Part shown: positions 39,381-52,850 of the stretch, one piece after another
How the letters are laid out: the number at the start of each line of letters is the position of its first letter
Position numbering within the stretch: position 1 is the first letter of the stretch
NCBI RefSeq assembly: GCF_000497125.1
Contig: NC_090597.1
Location: 817,797 to 881,796, forward strand
Origin: Spironucleus salmonicida
Lineage: Eukaryota
DNA length: 64,000 nucleotides
Reading direction: 5' to 3'
The notes under the pieces: generated by a model
Told to the model about the DNA's origin: nothing
Databases searched by the model: none
Seen by the model: only the letters and a program-made list of their open reading frames with translations
Position numbers and translations under genes: made by a program

Positions 39381-40178
39381 TTAAAATAAATGAAATAGTT
39401 AGCTTTATATGTATAATGCGTATGCATAGGGAATATGAGTTGCTGTTTCTGTCTATTTTTACATTATAATTAGTTATAGGATTATATAAATATTTTTAAA
39501 ACTAAAAAATTTCAGATATTAACAAAAATCTACTTTACTTATAGTACTCCTAACAATGGGTACAAAAAAAACAAATTTTATGTTTTTTCCCTTTTGGTTA
39601 TTAATAATCGATGTCTAATGTTAGATTCGTGTAACACCTTTAACAGTTTTGAAAATAGATAATTGCTCAATCTGATAATATACATATATAATTAACAACT
39701 TCAAATTTTATAACACTAATACTAATATTGAATATTTTAATTATATTAGAATACAACGAAAAATCGATAAATCACGATACCTAATTGTAAGTAATATTAG
39801 ATTTACCAGTATTTGCACAGAATCGATGCGTCTGCACCTAAAGTATCAAACCTATAATTTTGTTTATTTCCAGTACTTGCTCCTAATGTATCGCTAACGT
39901 ACCAAAAGTATTTCACTATTATCCATTCCTGAAACTGAATACATTGCAAATTGAAGTTTTTATTATTTTACGTTATTAATACGTCATATTGAAGCATATA
40001 TTACGCTACAATTAATATTTTGGGATTCAAAATTTTTAAACTATGCTGACCTATTTATTCTATTATGCAAAATAATTAGATCTATAAGGTTTCAAAGAGG
40101 GTATTACTGCAAACACTTACTATTACAAAAGCTAGTTTGAAAGTTTCAGATTACAATCAATTACATATTAAATATTTT

Positions 40179-41567
40179 TCACTTCTTTCCTTTCTTGATG
40201 AAGTAATACGCTAGACCCCCTCCGACAGCTCCTACTACTACCAACACAGCAATCACAATTCCCGTCACAGCACCACCTGAGAGGTTGCCAGCCTCCTTTC
40301 TTGGGATGAAACAGAAGTCTCCGATTTTTACAACCCCATCTTCGCAAGTTTTGCATGCATTAGATTCAAATTTATACCCCTACAGACAGGAGCCGCACTT
40401 AGCTTTATCAGTTCCGCAGGTTAAGCAGTTCTTCGCATCTGTACACTTGCACTCCGTTATTTGGGCTTCATTTCCGCATGCTGTAGTACCGGTCCCAACG
40501 CAGGCTTATCCATCTGTTTGCACTGGATTACAATCAGCCTGACAGGTTTAGTTGATCGTCATCTGGTAACCAGTCATACACGTATCGCACAAATCAACGC
40601 CCTTGGAACAAGTCTCACATTTTTCACTGCATTTCTTGCAGACCATTCCGACCATCAGATAGCCATCAATACAGATTGTGCAGGTTCTTTCTGTACCTTT
40701 ATTATAGCCAGGGATACAGTCTCCGCACACTTTGCTATCGCCACGACTGCAGGTAACGCAGTTAACTGCGTCGCCGCACGTGCATTTTTCAGTCATATTT
40801 CCATCGCACTTAGTGCAGGTTCCATCCTGCATTAAAAAGCCGTCCTTGCAAATCTTGCAGGTGGTTTTATCGCCTTCGCAGTTCGCACAGTCGCTTGGAC
40901 AGGCTAAACATTTTTAGTTTTCCATGATAAAACCGGTCTTGCAGGCTGTGCACTTGTCTTTGCTTGCAGAGCAGGTCTTGCAGTTTGCTTCTTTGCAGGC
41001 TACGCAATTGTTGGTTTCGAGCGAAAATCCGTCCTCGCAAGCTGTACAAACGGAGTCAGAAGAGCAGATTGTGCAGTTTGCAGGGCATGCTGTACATTTA
41101 TTGGGAGTTGCAGAAGTGTCCTCGAAAAATTTGGGCTAGCATTTCTCGCAAGGGGTGGTTCCGATAGGATCGTAGTCGTTGATGCAGATTGAGCATTTTG
41201 TCATAGTAAAATCGCATAGTGAACAGTTTTTGGCGTTTGAGCACGTGCAAGCAGTCGTTTAGCTTGTTGTGCAGGCAGTGCACGAACTTCCGTTTAGAAC
41301 ATTTTCATTATTGCAGGTTTGGCAGGCACTATCTCCACTTCCTGTGCAGGTGGCGCATTTCGAATCGCAGTTTGCGCAGGTTCCGCGGCTTAGATATTAT
41401 CCGTCCGCGCAGGTTAAACACGTGGCAGCTTCTGCTGTGTCTCCCGTGCAGGTTGCGCATTGTGATTTGCAGACTAGACACGCTGTATCAACAGCTGATA
41501 CGTTGGATGGACAGAAGTAACCTTTAGTGCAGGAAGTTGTATTTGAAGAATTACACGTATTTGTCAT
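40179..41567 (-). CDS. Cysteine-rich membrane protein 1, 462 aa
   Basis: [23 protein letters not shown]...[35 protein letters not shown] then TGA, in one continuous frame. Confidence 0.95.
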
Positions 41568-42227
41568 TTTATGGACGTGAAAATATGAATATGTTATAAG
41601 TTTGATTAATAATGAGAATTTGTGGTATCGTGTTTTTGGTTATTGAAGTATAAGTGCAGTAGTTAAGTAACGATAGATTGTAGGAAAAGTTTTACCATAG
41701 GTATGGAAATTGATATTATATAATGTATCTTATTAAATTTTACTAAAGTATATAAATTAATCTCGGTAAATTACATAAATGTGGTAATACGTTTAGATAT
41801 ATGCGAGAATAATAGGTATAATTATTTATGTAAAATGAGTAATAACTTACAATCTTTAAATTAAATTAAAAAATACTAGTTTTATATTATATAACTTAGT
41901 ATTAGTAAAAATTAAAAACCAAAATAATACCTATATATATTATATATTTGGATAATCATAAAACAGTATATTAAATGTGATATTATTATAAATAACTGTA
42001 ATTATATCTATTTTAAAAATAAGTATTACTCATTCCAGCTAGATGGTTGTAATTATACAACAATACTATTCAAATACATAGAGAATTGGTTTATAATTCC
42101 AAGCTCGCTTAATTGATTTATTGAGATAAAATTATAACTCCTATAATTGTACAAACTCAAAATAAATTTATGTAGGTATAATATGATAGGGTTTACAACT
42201 TATGCAAATAATGAATAAGATTTCACT

Positions 42228-42620
42228 CATTCCATCTCAGCTATCCTGATAAGTAAATACGCTAAAGCCGCAACAGTTGCTCCGATTATCACCAGAACCA
42301 CTCATCCTATGCGGTCAGTCATGCTATTACTTTAATGATACCTTCTTACTCTGATTATATATAGTGCTCAAACCAGCAGCAATATTCTAGTTCGGTTGAT
42401 TGTATGCAAATTTTAATCTATTGTGCACTTATAATACGGCAATAGATTTCATACTCAGTTCTATTAAAGCATATGTTCCCCATGAATCAGCATCTGTAGA
42501 CTTATATATTAACTAGAGCTTTTCCCAAAGTATACAAGAATATTGTTAAAACTAGAATTGTTATTATATAATTTACTATGTGCTTAGTAGTGCGGTACAG
42601 ACAGCATAAAATATAAATTT
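42228..42620 (-). pseudogene. Heavily decayed CRMP 3' remnant
   Basis: TM remnant VVLVIIGATVAALAYLLIR with scattered Cys-rich traces upstream. Confidence 0.5.
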
Positions 42621-43195
42621 GATTATTTCTATTTCATTTATAATGGTAGACATATTTTATTCATTGGTTGCATTTTTAGCATCAGACTTTACATATGCTA
42701 ACTATACAAGATCAATTTATTACTCTAAATCTTTATCAGATCAATTTGTTCAATTTGAGTTAAATAAATTTTATTTTATCGTAGCCTTATCTGACAATGT
42801 ATATAATTTTACTAAATGAAAATAAGATTTATGAAGTTCATATATATGTTATTATAACAACTTTTAGAATTAAAATAATAGGTTTACATTATAATTATGA
42901 TTTTCATTTCTCATTTTATAGCTTTTCTATAAGCTTATTTATTAACCTATTATACAGTAACTCGATAAATTAGTTAATTTATAAATAATATAATTTTATA
43001 TTTATATATAGATTACACATAAAGCTTCAGTTATTGATTTTTAGTTTTATAACTCTTGCATATATTGTGCTAATCAATATATACTTGAAAACTGATAACA
43101 AACATTTTATCTATATCTAATTATATTAATAAATATTGTATTAAACTGGTAAGTATTTAGCATAAATATAATAATAATAAAATTAAACTCTAAAA

Positions 43196-44166
43196 ATGAC
43201 ATCTTAATGTGACAACAGCGGAAAGAAATGCCAAGAACTACAAGTATGTCCAAGTGATGCAACTGAAACAAGCGAAAAGAATGTATTAAATGTAATATTG
43301 CAGCTAATCCTGGTTGCAATGCCTGTACAGAAGGTAGTGAAGACGTATGCAGTGGATGCTAACCAAATTATTACTTAGATGAAGATTCGACCGAATGCAA
43401 AGCATGCTCTGATAACTGCATAACATGTGATAACGCAGCAAAATGCACAGCATGTGCGGTCGGATTTGAAGTTACAGGCGATATATGTAAAAAATCTCAA
43501 GCTATTATAAATGAATGTGATTCCGAGAAATCTTGTAAAAAATCATAGTTTTGCTAATTAAAACCTACTGGTAATGTCTGTAGCGTCTGCCACGACACCT
43601 GCGAGAAATGTAGAAGCTAGACGAAATGCACAAAATGTAAAGCTAACCATGAGATGAGCATAAAATAAATGTGTATAGTTTCATGTAGACCCATTAGTGA
43701 ACATAAGGCATGTGTTAATAATATTCAAGCTGACTGTGGCTCTGCTGACCAGAAAACATAATGCAGGTGTGGACCAGGAGGAGAGAATTGCTTAACTTGT
43801 TCAAAACTTCCGAAAATACCAGCGGGGGTTTGCACTGATCCATTATGTACATGTTCTGATGCCGACAAGACAACATGCACTGGTTGCATAGATTCTAAGA
43901 ATTATCGGTTATTTGAAGGTAAGTGTATGTTAACACCTTAGGGTAAATGTGGGTCGTGCCTTCTAGGGTATGTGCTTAAAGACGAAAAATGTTAAGAGTG
44001 CGTCGAAGGTGATGAGAAAATTGGAGATTTCTGCTTTTTAGCTGTAATTCCCAGTCGTAATTTGTCCAGAGGTGCAGTTGCGGGTATCTTGGTAGCTATT
44101 TTAGTGATAGTTGGTGCTGTTGGTGGTGGACTTGCTTTTTACTTCATCAAGAAATGAAAGAAGTGA
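43196..44166 (+). pseudogene. Near-intact CRMP1 with one frameshift and a stop in the tail
   Basis: MTSQCDNSGKKCQELQVCPSDA, a frameshift near 43275, then an open CxxC frame to [17 protein letters not shown]. Confidence 0.85.
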
Positions 44167-44499
44167 TAGTAATAATTATAAAGTCATATACGGTATTTTT
44201 GTGAATTTAAATATTATTGACTAATGTGTTACTCTTCATGATAACTCACTTACAACAGTTTGTTAACGAATACTTGAGTCCACCGCAATATATTTGAATT
44301 TGTTTAAACATATAAGATAGTTATAGTAGTAAATCACCATCATATATATGCATGTAGAGATTGATTGAAATGGGTTCTAATTCTTTTCTTCACAATTGTG
44401 AATTATGAAATTAATTACTCTTTTTGAAATTCTACAAGAATAATTTACATTTTTATGATAATGATTTACTAATAACTACATGATGTGAAAGAAGATTCT

Positions 44500-44865
44500 A
44501 GTTTCAGTTGATACGGTGTATAAATACATTATGTACCTATTCAAATTCTCAGAAGAATACGTGTGCTGCGTGTACAGATAGAGCAAATTATAATTTTAGC
44601 TTTAATAAATACAGATGATGAATCCTCTACAGTGTGCTTCGTGTGTTCCAGACTATGAATATAATATTGTCAATTGCTAATAATGTACAGAATATACTTC
44701 TAAAGTTGGCGAATCCTGTTTCCATCTGAAATAATTGAGGAGCAAGAAATTAATTGAGCTAACAGTGAAGTAGTCGTAATTGTAATGGCTGTGTATCTGG
44801 TAGTGATACTATTAGTGGTACTGACCTAGCGCCATATTTCATCAAGACGGCTAAGCATAAATAAG
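44500..44865 (+). pseudogene. Decayed CRMP1 3' remnant
   Basis: QCASCVPDYEYNIVNCQQCTEYTSKVGESCF followed by a broken TM and LAPYFIKTAK. Confidence 0.65.
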
Positions 44866-45095
44866 TCATTAAGAAACTAATTTAAGAAATTAAATTTTAA
44901 ATTACTTAATTTTAAATCTAAACTAATGTGCTAATCAGTTTTAGCTTTCTAATTCTTTAAATATTATTATTTTATAAATTAAGTCAATCTAAAATGTAAA
45001 GCTATGTTAATGTTAGTTAGCTATTGATCTATCAATTATACTCATTTGAATTTGAATTATAAATAATTAATATTTTTCCTTATAATTATGATTTC

Positions 45096-47480
45096 TCACT
45101 GGATAGCCACGCCAGACTCGACCAGTGGCTTCGTTATTTTAACTTTCTTCATATACCAGAATATACCAAAACATATAGCACCTATAATAATTAAAACGGT
45201 AATTACAATTCCAGTAATAGCCCCACCAGAAAGTGATTAGGCCGGACTAACCTATTCAACAAAACAGAATCCGCCAATACTAACTGCGCCATCTTCACAT
45301 TTATTACATAATTCCTATTCTAGCATATATCCAGATAGGCACTATTTGCACTTAGACTTGTCTTCTGAGCAGGTGAAGCAATTCTTTGAATTTTGGCATT
45401 TGCATTCCGAACTCTATCCCACTCCTCCACATGGAATCGAAGTACCACCCACGCAGACCATCCCATCCACACTCCCAGCACCGCAATCCGCCTCACACGT
45501 CTAATTAGTAGTCATATGGTATGAATCCGCGCAAGAGTCGCAAATTTCTGCGCCCCTAGAGCAAGTCTTGCATTTTAAATCGCACTTGACACACGCCAAA
45601 TTCACCATAATATACCCGTCTGCGCACGAATCGCACTTCCCAGACTCGCCCTTAGCGTACCCAACTACACACGATCCACACTTCGAACTATCCCCATTAT
45701 CACACGTAGCGCACTTTCTCTCCGCCCCGCAAACGCACTCAGCGCCATCATTTCCACTGCAATTCGTGCAAACTCCATTCAGCATATAATAACCATTTTT
45801 GCACGCCATACAAGCCTCGCCATCGCAAATCGCGCACCCAGCGGCGCACGCCTCGCATTTTTACCCGTTTAGCTTATATCCAGAATCACAGCTTTTGCAG
45901 TTCCCAATGCTCACCTCGCAGCTCGCGCAGCCCTCTGCGCAGTCTTTGCACGTGGAATCGCAAATCTGATTTCCGGCGCAGTCAGTTTGCTCCGTGCAGT
46001 CGCGAACGCACTATAATGACACCAGATGGAATCCGCTTTCGCAGGTTTCGCATGAATTTGCGGAAGTGCAGGTTTTGCAATTTGCGGGGCACTTGCTGCA
46101 GGCCCCGCCTTCAATGGCGTAGCCGGCGTCGCACGATGTGCAGGATGATAATGATGCGCATTTTAAGCAGTTTGCAACACATTTTTTGCAGCTATTTTAC
46201 GTGTCGGGGAACATGCCAGAGACGCAGGAAGAGCAGGGCGGGTCGCTGTTAACGTCGTAATTAGTGATGCAGGATGAACACTTTTTGGTGTTAAGGTCGC
46301 ACGTGGTGCAGTTATTGAAGCTCTCGCACTGGCAGGGGCCAGACTGGCCGGATTTGCACTTTTCGCAGGTGGTACCGAGCATGGAATAATCGTTTTCGCA
46401 GGTATTACAATCGTTTGCTGACGCGCAGATAGCGCACCCCTGCGCGCACTTTGAGCATGTTTTTGGGCTTGCCAGATTTGCGTAAAAACCAGTCTTGCAG
46501 ACCGTGCAGGGATCAGAGCCAGAAATGTCGAAATCGCCGATACAGGAGGCGCAGTTAGCTGCGTTATTGGTGTCGCAGATATCGCAGTTTTTGGCCACCC
46601 CACAGGTGCACTGTTATGCTTGGCCGGCAACGCAGGGGATGCAGACGCTATTTAGGAGGAAGTTACCATTTTGGCAGGTCTGGCAGGTGGCAGCGTTGGT
46701 GCAGGTCAGGCAGGTGATGGGACACTTTTCGCAGGTAAGTGGCGAGGTATTAGAGGCGAAGTAACCGGGTTTGCACGTTTCACATATTTTGCTGTCCGAA
46801 AGCTAGAAATTTCCAGAGCAGCTACCGCACTTAGCTATATCAGTTAAATCGCACGTGGAACAATTTTTCGCGCTGCCACATATGCAGTTTTCGGTGATAT
46901 TCTCCTGGCAGACTGTACAAGTGCTGTTGGTCAAAACGTACCCGTCCTTGCAGGCGGTGCATACGTCCTCTGCAGAGCAGGATGTACAAGGTGCATCGCA
47001 TTTAACGCAGGTTTTGACGCGGTCGATGGTCGTTTCGATGTAGCCTGCTCTGCATACCGTGCATGGTTTTTCCGTGTTCAGGTCGTACTTCTTAGAGCAT
47101 AAACCGCAGACTGTTTGGTCGGAATCTTTACAGGTCGCACAATTGATGGAAGTCCCGCATGTGCAGTTTTTGGTTCGCGATAAAACGCAAGTTGAGCAGG
47201 CCTGGTTTATGAGCTCGTGACTGTTAGCGCAGGCTTGGCAGATGGTGGGGGATCCACGACAGGCTGCACATTTAACGTCACAGGCGGCGCAAGTTTAATC
47301 TCCTGTTAGATATTATCCGGTAGGACAAGTCAAACAATTGTTTGCATCGGGTCCGTTGCATTATTCGCAGGATTTATTACAAGGGAGGCAGTCTTTCTGT
47401 TCGGCTTGTGAGGCATCACTAGGACAGTAAAATTTTTCAGGGCAGGCGATGTGGTCGGTGGGGGACGAACATTTTGACAT
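45096..47480 (-). CDS. Cysteine-rich membrane protein, 794 aa (FWYMKK-type tail)
   Basis: Continuous frame MSKCSSPTDHIACPEKFYCP...LSGGAITGIVITVLIIIGAICFGIFWYMKKVKITKPLVESGVAIQ then TGA. Confidence 0.93.
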
Positions 47481-48237
47481 TTAGGTGAGGGATTAGTGCT
47501 TGGTGATGACGAATACAGATAATAACTAGTATTAATAGTTTTTAGTTTTTTGAGATTGTTATATTTAAAATTAAAGATAATAATATTTCATATAATGAAT
47601 TTTCGAAAAACTAAATTATAACACCTTATATTGTATTCCCTTGAATTGGGAAAACTTTAGCAATCGATTCATTGATTATTTAATTAATTATATACAAAAT
47701 ACAATTCCATGGCCCGAAGTTTATGGGTAATTATCGTAATTTATAAGTTTATTACAATATATTATTTTGAATTTCAAAATTATGAATTAAAAATAAATTA
47801 TATAAATTAATTTCTTATTTTGATTTAAAAATTAGTTTTTAAAGGTTTTTAATATATTTGATTAATTATTTATATATTAAAATATGCGTTATCATATGTC
47901 TATGTATTAACAATTTACATGAATTATATTTATTAATAATAAAGTCCGTATTTACGTAATACTAAATTATAATATATGATTATTTATTTTTATTACTATT
48001 TGAAAACTAATCTAAGTTAATATGAAATCTATTTTGTTTTTACTTTATCGTAACTAGCGTATTTATAAATATATCCGCTAAAAATTGTAAAAATTACTCA
48101 TTTACCTTAAGATAATCTATGTTATTTATATAGCTCATTAATATAAGTTATTCTATAAAATTCTAGTTTCTGTTATACCCATTTGAAATTTATGCAACAA
48201 AGTATTCATATTATTAGTATAGTCAGCTTCATTAAAA

Positions 48238-49107
48238 ATGAAAGAAGCAAGAATTTGCTCAGGTTAAAATAACACTTGCTTGGTTGATTAATATTGTCCT
48301 TCACTGCAGACTACTAACCTGCAATGTTAAACATGTTCTAAGACAATAAGAGAGCATTATGGTTGTAACTGCGTAGACTTTAAAATGATTAAGAATTGTT
48401 TAAAATGTTAAAATGGAAGATGCGTAGAATGTATATATCAATATTCACTGCAACCTAATGGCACGTGCTTTAAATGTGCGTTAGATTGTTTACGCTGTGA
48501 CAAAACGTAATGCTTTGAATGTATAGACGGTTATAATCTGAATTTATGGACTAATTAATGTGGGTTTCCGTGCGAAACTAATGCTGATTGTAAATATTAC
48601 AATATAGGCTATTGCAATAAATGTTTAAAAATCTGTGAATTTTGTGACTAATAATGTACTTAATGTTCTACAAAAGAATTCTGCACGAATTGCTATGTTG
48701 GAACAACTTTATTTAATGGAATTTGTACAAAATAATGTATTAATCGTTTAGTGGACCATTACTGCTTAAATGGAGAATTAGCACAATGTGATGAAAATAT
48801 AACTTCCCAATGTTATTGTAATGAAGTTTAAAACTGTAGAACTTGCAACGAATCTAAAAATGGGTGTGCATCTTGCATGCCACATTTTATAATGGGTGAA
48901 AATGATAGATGTACCTACTGCGAATCTGGATTCGAGCTAGTAGGTAAAATTTGCAGTCCAGTAGAAGATTTAAATCCAATTTGTCCAATTCCAAGTAACG
49001 ACACTATTGTTTTTAATATTTTGTTAGGAACATTAGTAGCTTTATGTATTATTTGGGGAATGCTCGATATTATTTTATGTAAAAAGATAAAAAATAAAAA
49101 GTAGTGA
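48238..49107 (+). CDS. Cysteine-rich membrane protein, copy 2, 289 aa
   Basis: MKEARICSGQNNTCLVDQYCP...TM...ILCKKIKNKKQ ending TAG TGA. Confidence 0.9.
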
Positions 49108-50189
49108 GGAATTTATTATTTTAAATAAACAAAAGCTTTCTAATACTTGATTTAGATTTCAGAATATGTTGTTAGTCAGATTTGAAATATCTAGATTTTT
49201 AATTGTATGAATGATACTAATTTTAGGTTTATAAATATTTAACTAGATCATAAATTTTGTAATTTCATAATATGGTTTAACATAATATTAAAATAACATG
49301 AGGATAATTCTACTATACAATGCTGACGCATACACCCAGATCAAATAGTACAATTATGATAAATTGAGAATACTAGTCTATAGATAAAGCGGAGTACCAG
49401 TAATAGTCAATGCCGTGTTAAATATTATAATAGTCAGTTTTGTCATTTTTGATAAATGTAAGTAAATATTATCTGCCGAGGCAAAATCAATTGCTACAGG
49501 GTAAGCATTAAAGAGATTCATCAAGGGTTGTTAATTACTGACTATCTAGCATAGATAGATTATAGTCATGTATGATAGCTAAAACTAATAATAGTAAGGT
49601 ATATGCTAGAGAAATATAGTTTATGAAGAATTAGAATATGCTATTTAATACATAAATCTAGATAAAAACTAGACTTCAATTTGATATATACCAGTAAATT
49701 GATTAGAATATCAAGACTAATCTTAGATATAGAAACTGCTAGTTAATTATTATGTTTTTCTTGTCTTATATAAACATTAGCTAACATAAAATGACATATG
49801 CGCCAATAATCTTAAATAAGTCCTCTCTCAATTGTACTTAGAGCTATTTATACCATAACATAGCGCTAGCATAAGATTTAGAATAAAAAGATTGTGCTGA
49901 ATGCAGTTAAGAGCGTGCAATGTGTTCAGGTAACTACTATCATAAATTGATTGTGAAAGTTAATATAATAGAGAATACTTATATTCCTACAATAATGTTT
50001 TCACTATTATATAAGCCTTTAGTAATATATTAACCCAGATCAAGCGTGCAGAGTATGCTAATATTGCTAATATGAGTCTATGGGATCATATGATATTTGT
50101 CTAAAAAGTAAAATCCAATAATAATACGATTGCAATTGCGACAGCTCTTGAGACTCCTTAATTTGCAAATCAGTAAATATTAAATGACA

Positions 50190-51350
50190 TTCATACTGAC
50201 ACCAATAACATAGTATCAACATACAGATAACCTGTGCAGCCTGCCTCCCACGCTATTATTTCAAGCTAATTACGTTTAAAATTATTCCAAGGATTACTAT
50301 CTGTTCTGCAAAGAGGATTCATCTCCGATGATGTGTGTACCAGTTGGATACACAATTTTATTCACTCAGGAACTTCTTGGAAACCATTTTAGTTAGGTAA
50401 TTGAGATATCTACTAATATCAGGTTTCTCAAAATTTCACACTTTGTGAAGTTGAAAATAGCGATAGATGCTAAAATGATACAGTATCACCGGATAATGAA
50501 CGCCATGTATGTTGAATCATCCAAAATAAGGAGTAACATGCTAGATACAACATATATAATTATTAACCCTGATCAAATGATATGAGGAAATGGAATAAAT
50601 GTGAAAATGGTTTATTCTTTAAAACGGGTACATACAAGATATAAATCATGAACAATTATAATTTTGCCTGTGGGTGTCGAAGAGCTGCACTAACTGTGAG
50701 TTGAAAAATTAGATGAAAATCATACCAGGTTAGTAGGCTGCGTGCTGTGCTTTTTTTAATGTGCGAAGAAGGATGGAAAATATGTTTCATACGCAGTCAG
50801 GAGCTCAAGGATGGTGAATTCTATCATGGTGGAAGGCATATCAAGTGTGGTACCGATGGTATATCCTCTTTGTGCACATGTGGTAATCTTCACACCTGCT
50901 TGCTCCGTGATGGGAGGGCCTCAATCCAGTGCATGAGAGGCTTCCTTCTGTCTGATTACCCATGCTACTGATATCATAATGTTATTATCTATATCAAAAT
51001 AGCTTCATGTAGTACTCTGAGCTGTAAAGAAGCATGCCGTCAAACCAATTTCGGGGACTATTGGTCAAATAGTAATCGATAGCAGCTGTGCGACTATCGG
51101 CCAGGTTATCTATTTTAATAAGAAAAGCAAGGTTCTCAGCTATCCCAGTACTGATAGCAACATCTTGTATCCATGACCTGTAACGTGGCGATATTAATCC
51201 ATTATATTTTAATTTAATTGGATTCATAAAACAATAAGGACCATATAATCTGTTATACCCTAGTATCACATATTAATCCTACTTTTCAGTGTAGGTGTAA
51301 TTGGACTTTTAGGATCCTCATTTATATTCAAAATTTAGTATATACAATAA
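50190..51350 (+). pseudogene. Decayed cysteine-rich pseudogene (duplicate of 2560-3720)
   Basis: Same broken Cys-rich fragments as in copy A. Confidence 0.6.
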
Positions 51351-51602
51351 TATATAATACGTACATAAATTTTTATAAAGAATCGCCATCGACCGCTAGT
51401 TTACTAAAACCAGTGTTATGCTCAAAAATTATATTAGCAATATTTTCGATTACTATAGTGAGCCTAAGTATGGGGAATTATATGTATTTTTAGGATTGAA
51501 AACCCCCACCTACACATGATTACAGTAGCATATAGTATGTTTTCTTGCCAAATATATTATATTTAAATTATATTACTAAGTTAATATTAGCGCAACTAGC
51601 GG

Positions 51603-52335
51603 TTCATGCCTTCTTGACGGAATATAAGGTAAGGCTGGCCTGAAGGCCCCAGTAACAACAATTCTGGATACTACGCTTCCATAGATGCTGCTAGATAGAA
51701 CTATCTTCGTATTTTTCGCATTTACCAGTTTAGAACTTGTACTCAGGGAGATAATAACATCATTTAGTATTCTCCTCACCTCAGATACGAAAGTTAGCAG
51801 TGTTTGTGCACCACAATCATTTGTTTGGACGTCAATTCCGCAGGCTACAGCAGCACTCCCAATGTATGCGCCACCCTCCGTTAATGCCAGCTCACAATAT
51901 GCTATCATCTTAGTTAATTGGTATTTAGTAGGCAACAAGATCAACATCGCACCAATCAACTCTATATCACCAGAGTTCCAACTTTTAGCAGAATTTAGCG
52001 CAAACTTCGTAAATTACTTAACAGTAAGCACATGCACTGAAAAAATTGTTATATTCCTGTAACCTGCTGGACAAATAGCTCCATATTTCAGAAAAAAGTA
52101 CTTATAACATATTTCAGAATTTTTTAATCGCAATTCCCACAGGCACACTCACAGGCCCTTCTACTACCCAAATGACCAGTATTTTACTCACTACACTTCT
52201 CTACGCATCCATCTTATTTAGCGCATGCTGCTTCAAGTATTCGGGCTGAAATCCCAGGCCTTCCACTGCGGGTGGAACAGTTGTAGCATTTTGCTGCTAT
52301 TTTATCAGTTTTAGTGGTATATACATTGATACAAG
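51603..52335 (-). pseudogene. Decayed CRMP pseudogene
   Basis: CELALTEGGAYIGSAAVACGIDVQ resembles the CRMP1 pre-TM module, followed by EYKFQTGKCEKYED and a remnant tail LYSVKKA*. Frameshifted. Confidence 0.65.
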
Positions 52336-52850
52336 TTTATATCTAATCAGCTGAAACGCCTTTACGATTTGAAAAAGTATACAGCGGAAACTAAATTTGA
52401 AAATAAAATATGCGAAATTATGGTATATGGTAAATGTATAGAAACAATGATTTGTAACTGAAGATGTATGTTAATAATATATAGGTCCAATACAATCTAT
52501 ATTGATAAATAATTTCAATATAATTTAAATATGATCTATTTAATATATTTTTTTAATATAAAATAATAATTTGTAATATGCGTAAATATTTCACATTACA
52601 TGAAACTTTTAATTGTAATTTAGTATTTTGAGGATCTAGTTTTATTTTTATATTCATATAAGTATTATATAATCAATAAAGGAAAAATTGAGATAGTACT
52701 ATTTAGATATAAATATATAAACTTTAAAAACTATCGTTTTTACTTTCGCACAATAATAATAATAATTATAAATAAAAACAAGTACGCAAATAATATCATT
52801 TATATTAATTCGTATATATAAGTGTAAATACAGTTTCTAAAGTTTATTAA

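Noticed and set aside
44155-44157. In-frame TGA at Gly positions (also 28239-28241 and 54740-54742) as possible readthrough or selenocysteine
   Set aside because: These are simple GGA>TGA changes in loci that also carry frameshifts. They are not at Cys positions, and I saw no SECIS-like evidence.
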